From the NCBI GenBank assembly GCA_002495845.1, contig DAHF01000103.1, positions 20,755 through 61,752 on the forward strand: a stretch of 40,998 nucleotides of DNA, read 5' to 3'. A program made the translations under genes and the position numbers. Position 1 is the stretch's first letter. Each line of letters opens with the position of its first letter. Below the pieces are notes generated by a model, which worked only from the letters and a program-made list of their open reading frames with translations, had not been told where the DNA came from and ran no database searches. Below, piece by piece: positions 40,958-40,998 of the stretch. The DNA is from Sulfolobus sp. UBA167. Lineage in GTDB: Archaea; Thermoproteota; Thermoprotei_A; Sulfolobales; Sulfolobaceae.

Positions 40958-40998
40958 ATAGTAGATGGGGGTTCAAGGGGGCGGAAAACTTCGCCTCT
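40958..40998. mobile_element. Possible end of an IS200/IS605-type element or MITE, truncated by the window edge
   Basis: Abrupt GC-rich GGGGGTTCAAGGGGGCGGAAAACTTCGCCTCT with a hairpin at 40977-40998; resembles Sulfolobales IS605-type end sequences as I recall them. Confidence 0.4.

Noticed and set aside
1-40998. CRISPR array, rRNA, or inteins in RFC/MCM
   Set aside because: No regularly spaced repeats or rRNA-like sequence were seen, and RFC and MCM have normal lengths.

Overview
Densely coded archaeal core-genome region. Gene content and order point to Sulfolobales (Thermoproteota/Crenarchaeota). From left to right: a minus-strand translation operon (rps19e, PDCD5-like, rpl39e, rpl31e, eIF6, rpl18a/LX, pfdA and the 5' part of a probable ftsY); pncB; a PhoU-type regulator; DUF711; a DsrE-TusA-cysteine synthase cluster; a kinase; moaA; prolidase; folE; an HTH/solute-binding regulator; glnA; an ABC ATPase, trxA and an acyl-CoA ligase-like gene; RFAP synthase, an m5C methyltransferase, a gamma-CA-like gene and a radical SAM gene (probable calditol synthase); xerA; an OCD/AlaDH-family gene; pduO; an antiporter; acryloyl-CoA reductase (3HP/4HB cycle); an amidase; psmB; PEBP; rfcS/rfcL; moaC; cdc6; THUMP; GINS23-MCM; AbrB; the carS cluster; tmk; and tRNA-Leu(TAG). 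I saw no CRISPR array, intact transposon, intein or replication origin. Most notable anomalies: (1) the ftsY frame has no canonical in-frame start codon and may need recoding or non-canonical initiation; (2) a Cys-less DsrE and a TusA sit directly upstream of an O-phosphoserine-sulfhydrylase-type cysteine synthase; (3) an adenylate-forming enzyme lacks its catalytic motifs; (4) operator-like palindromes lie over the acr, glnA and psmB promoters; (5) the tRNA-Leu has C at the near-invariant U55; (6) an AT-rich interval appears to hold a decayed gene. All family calls come from reading motifs and from recalled synteny, not from database searches.
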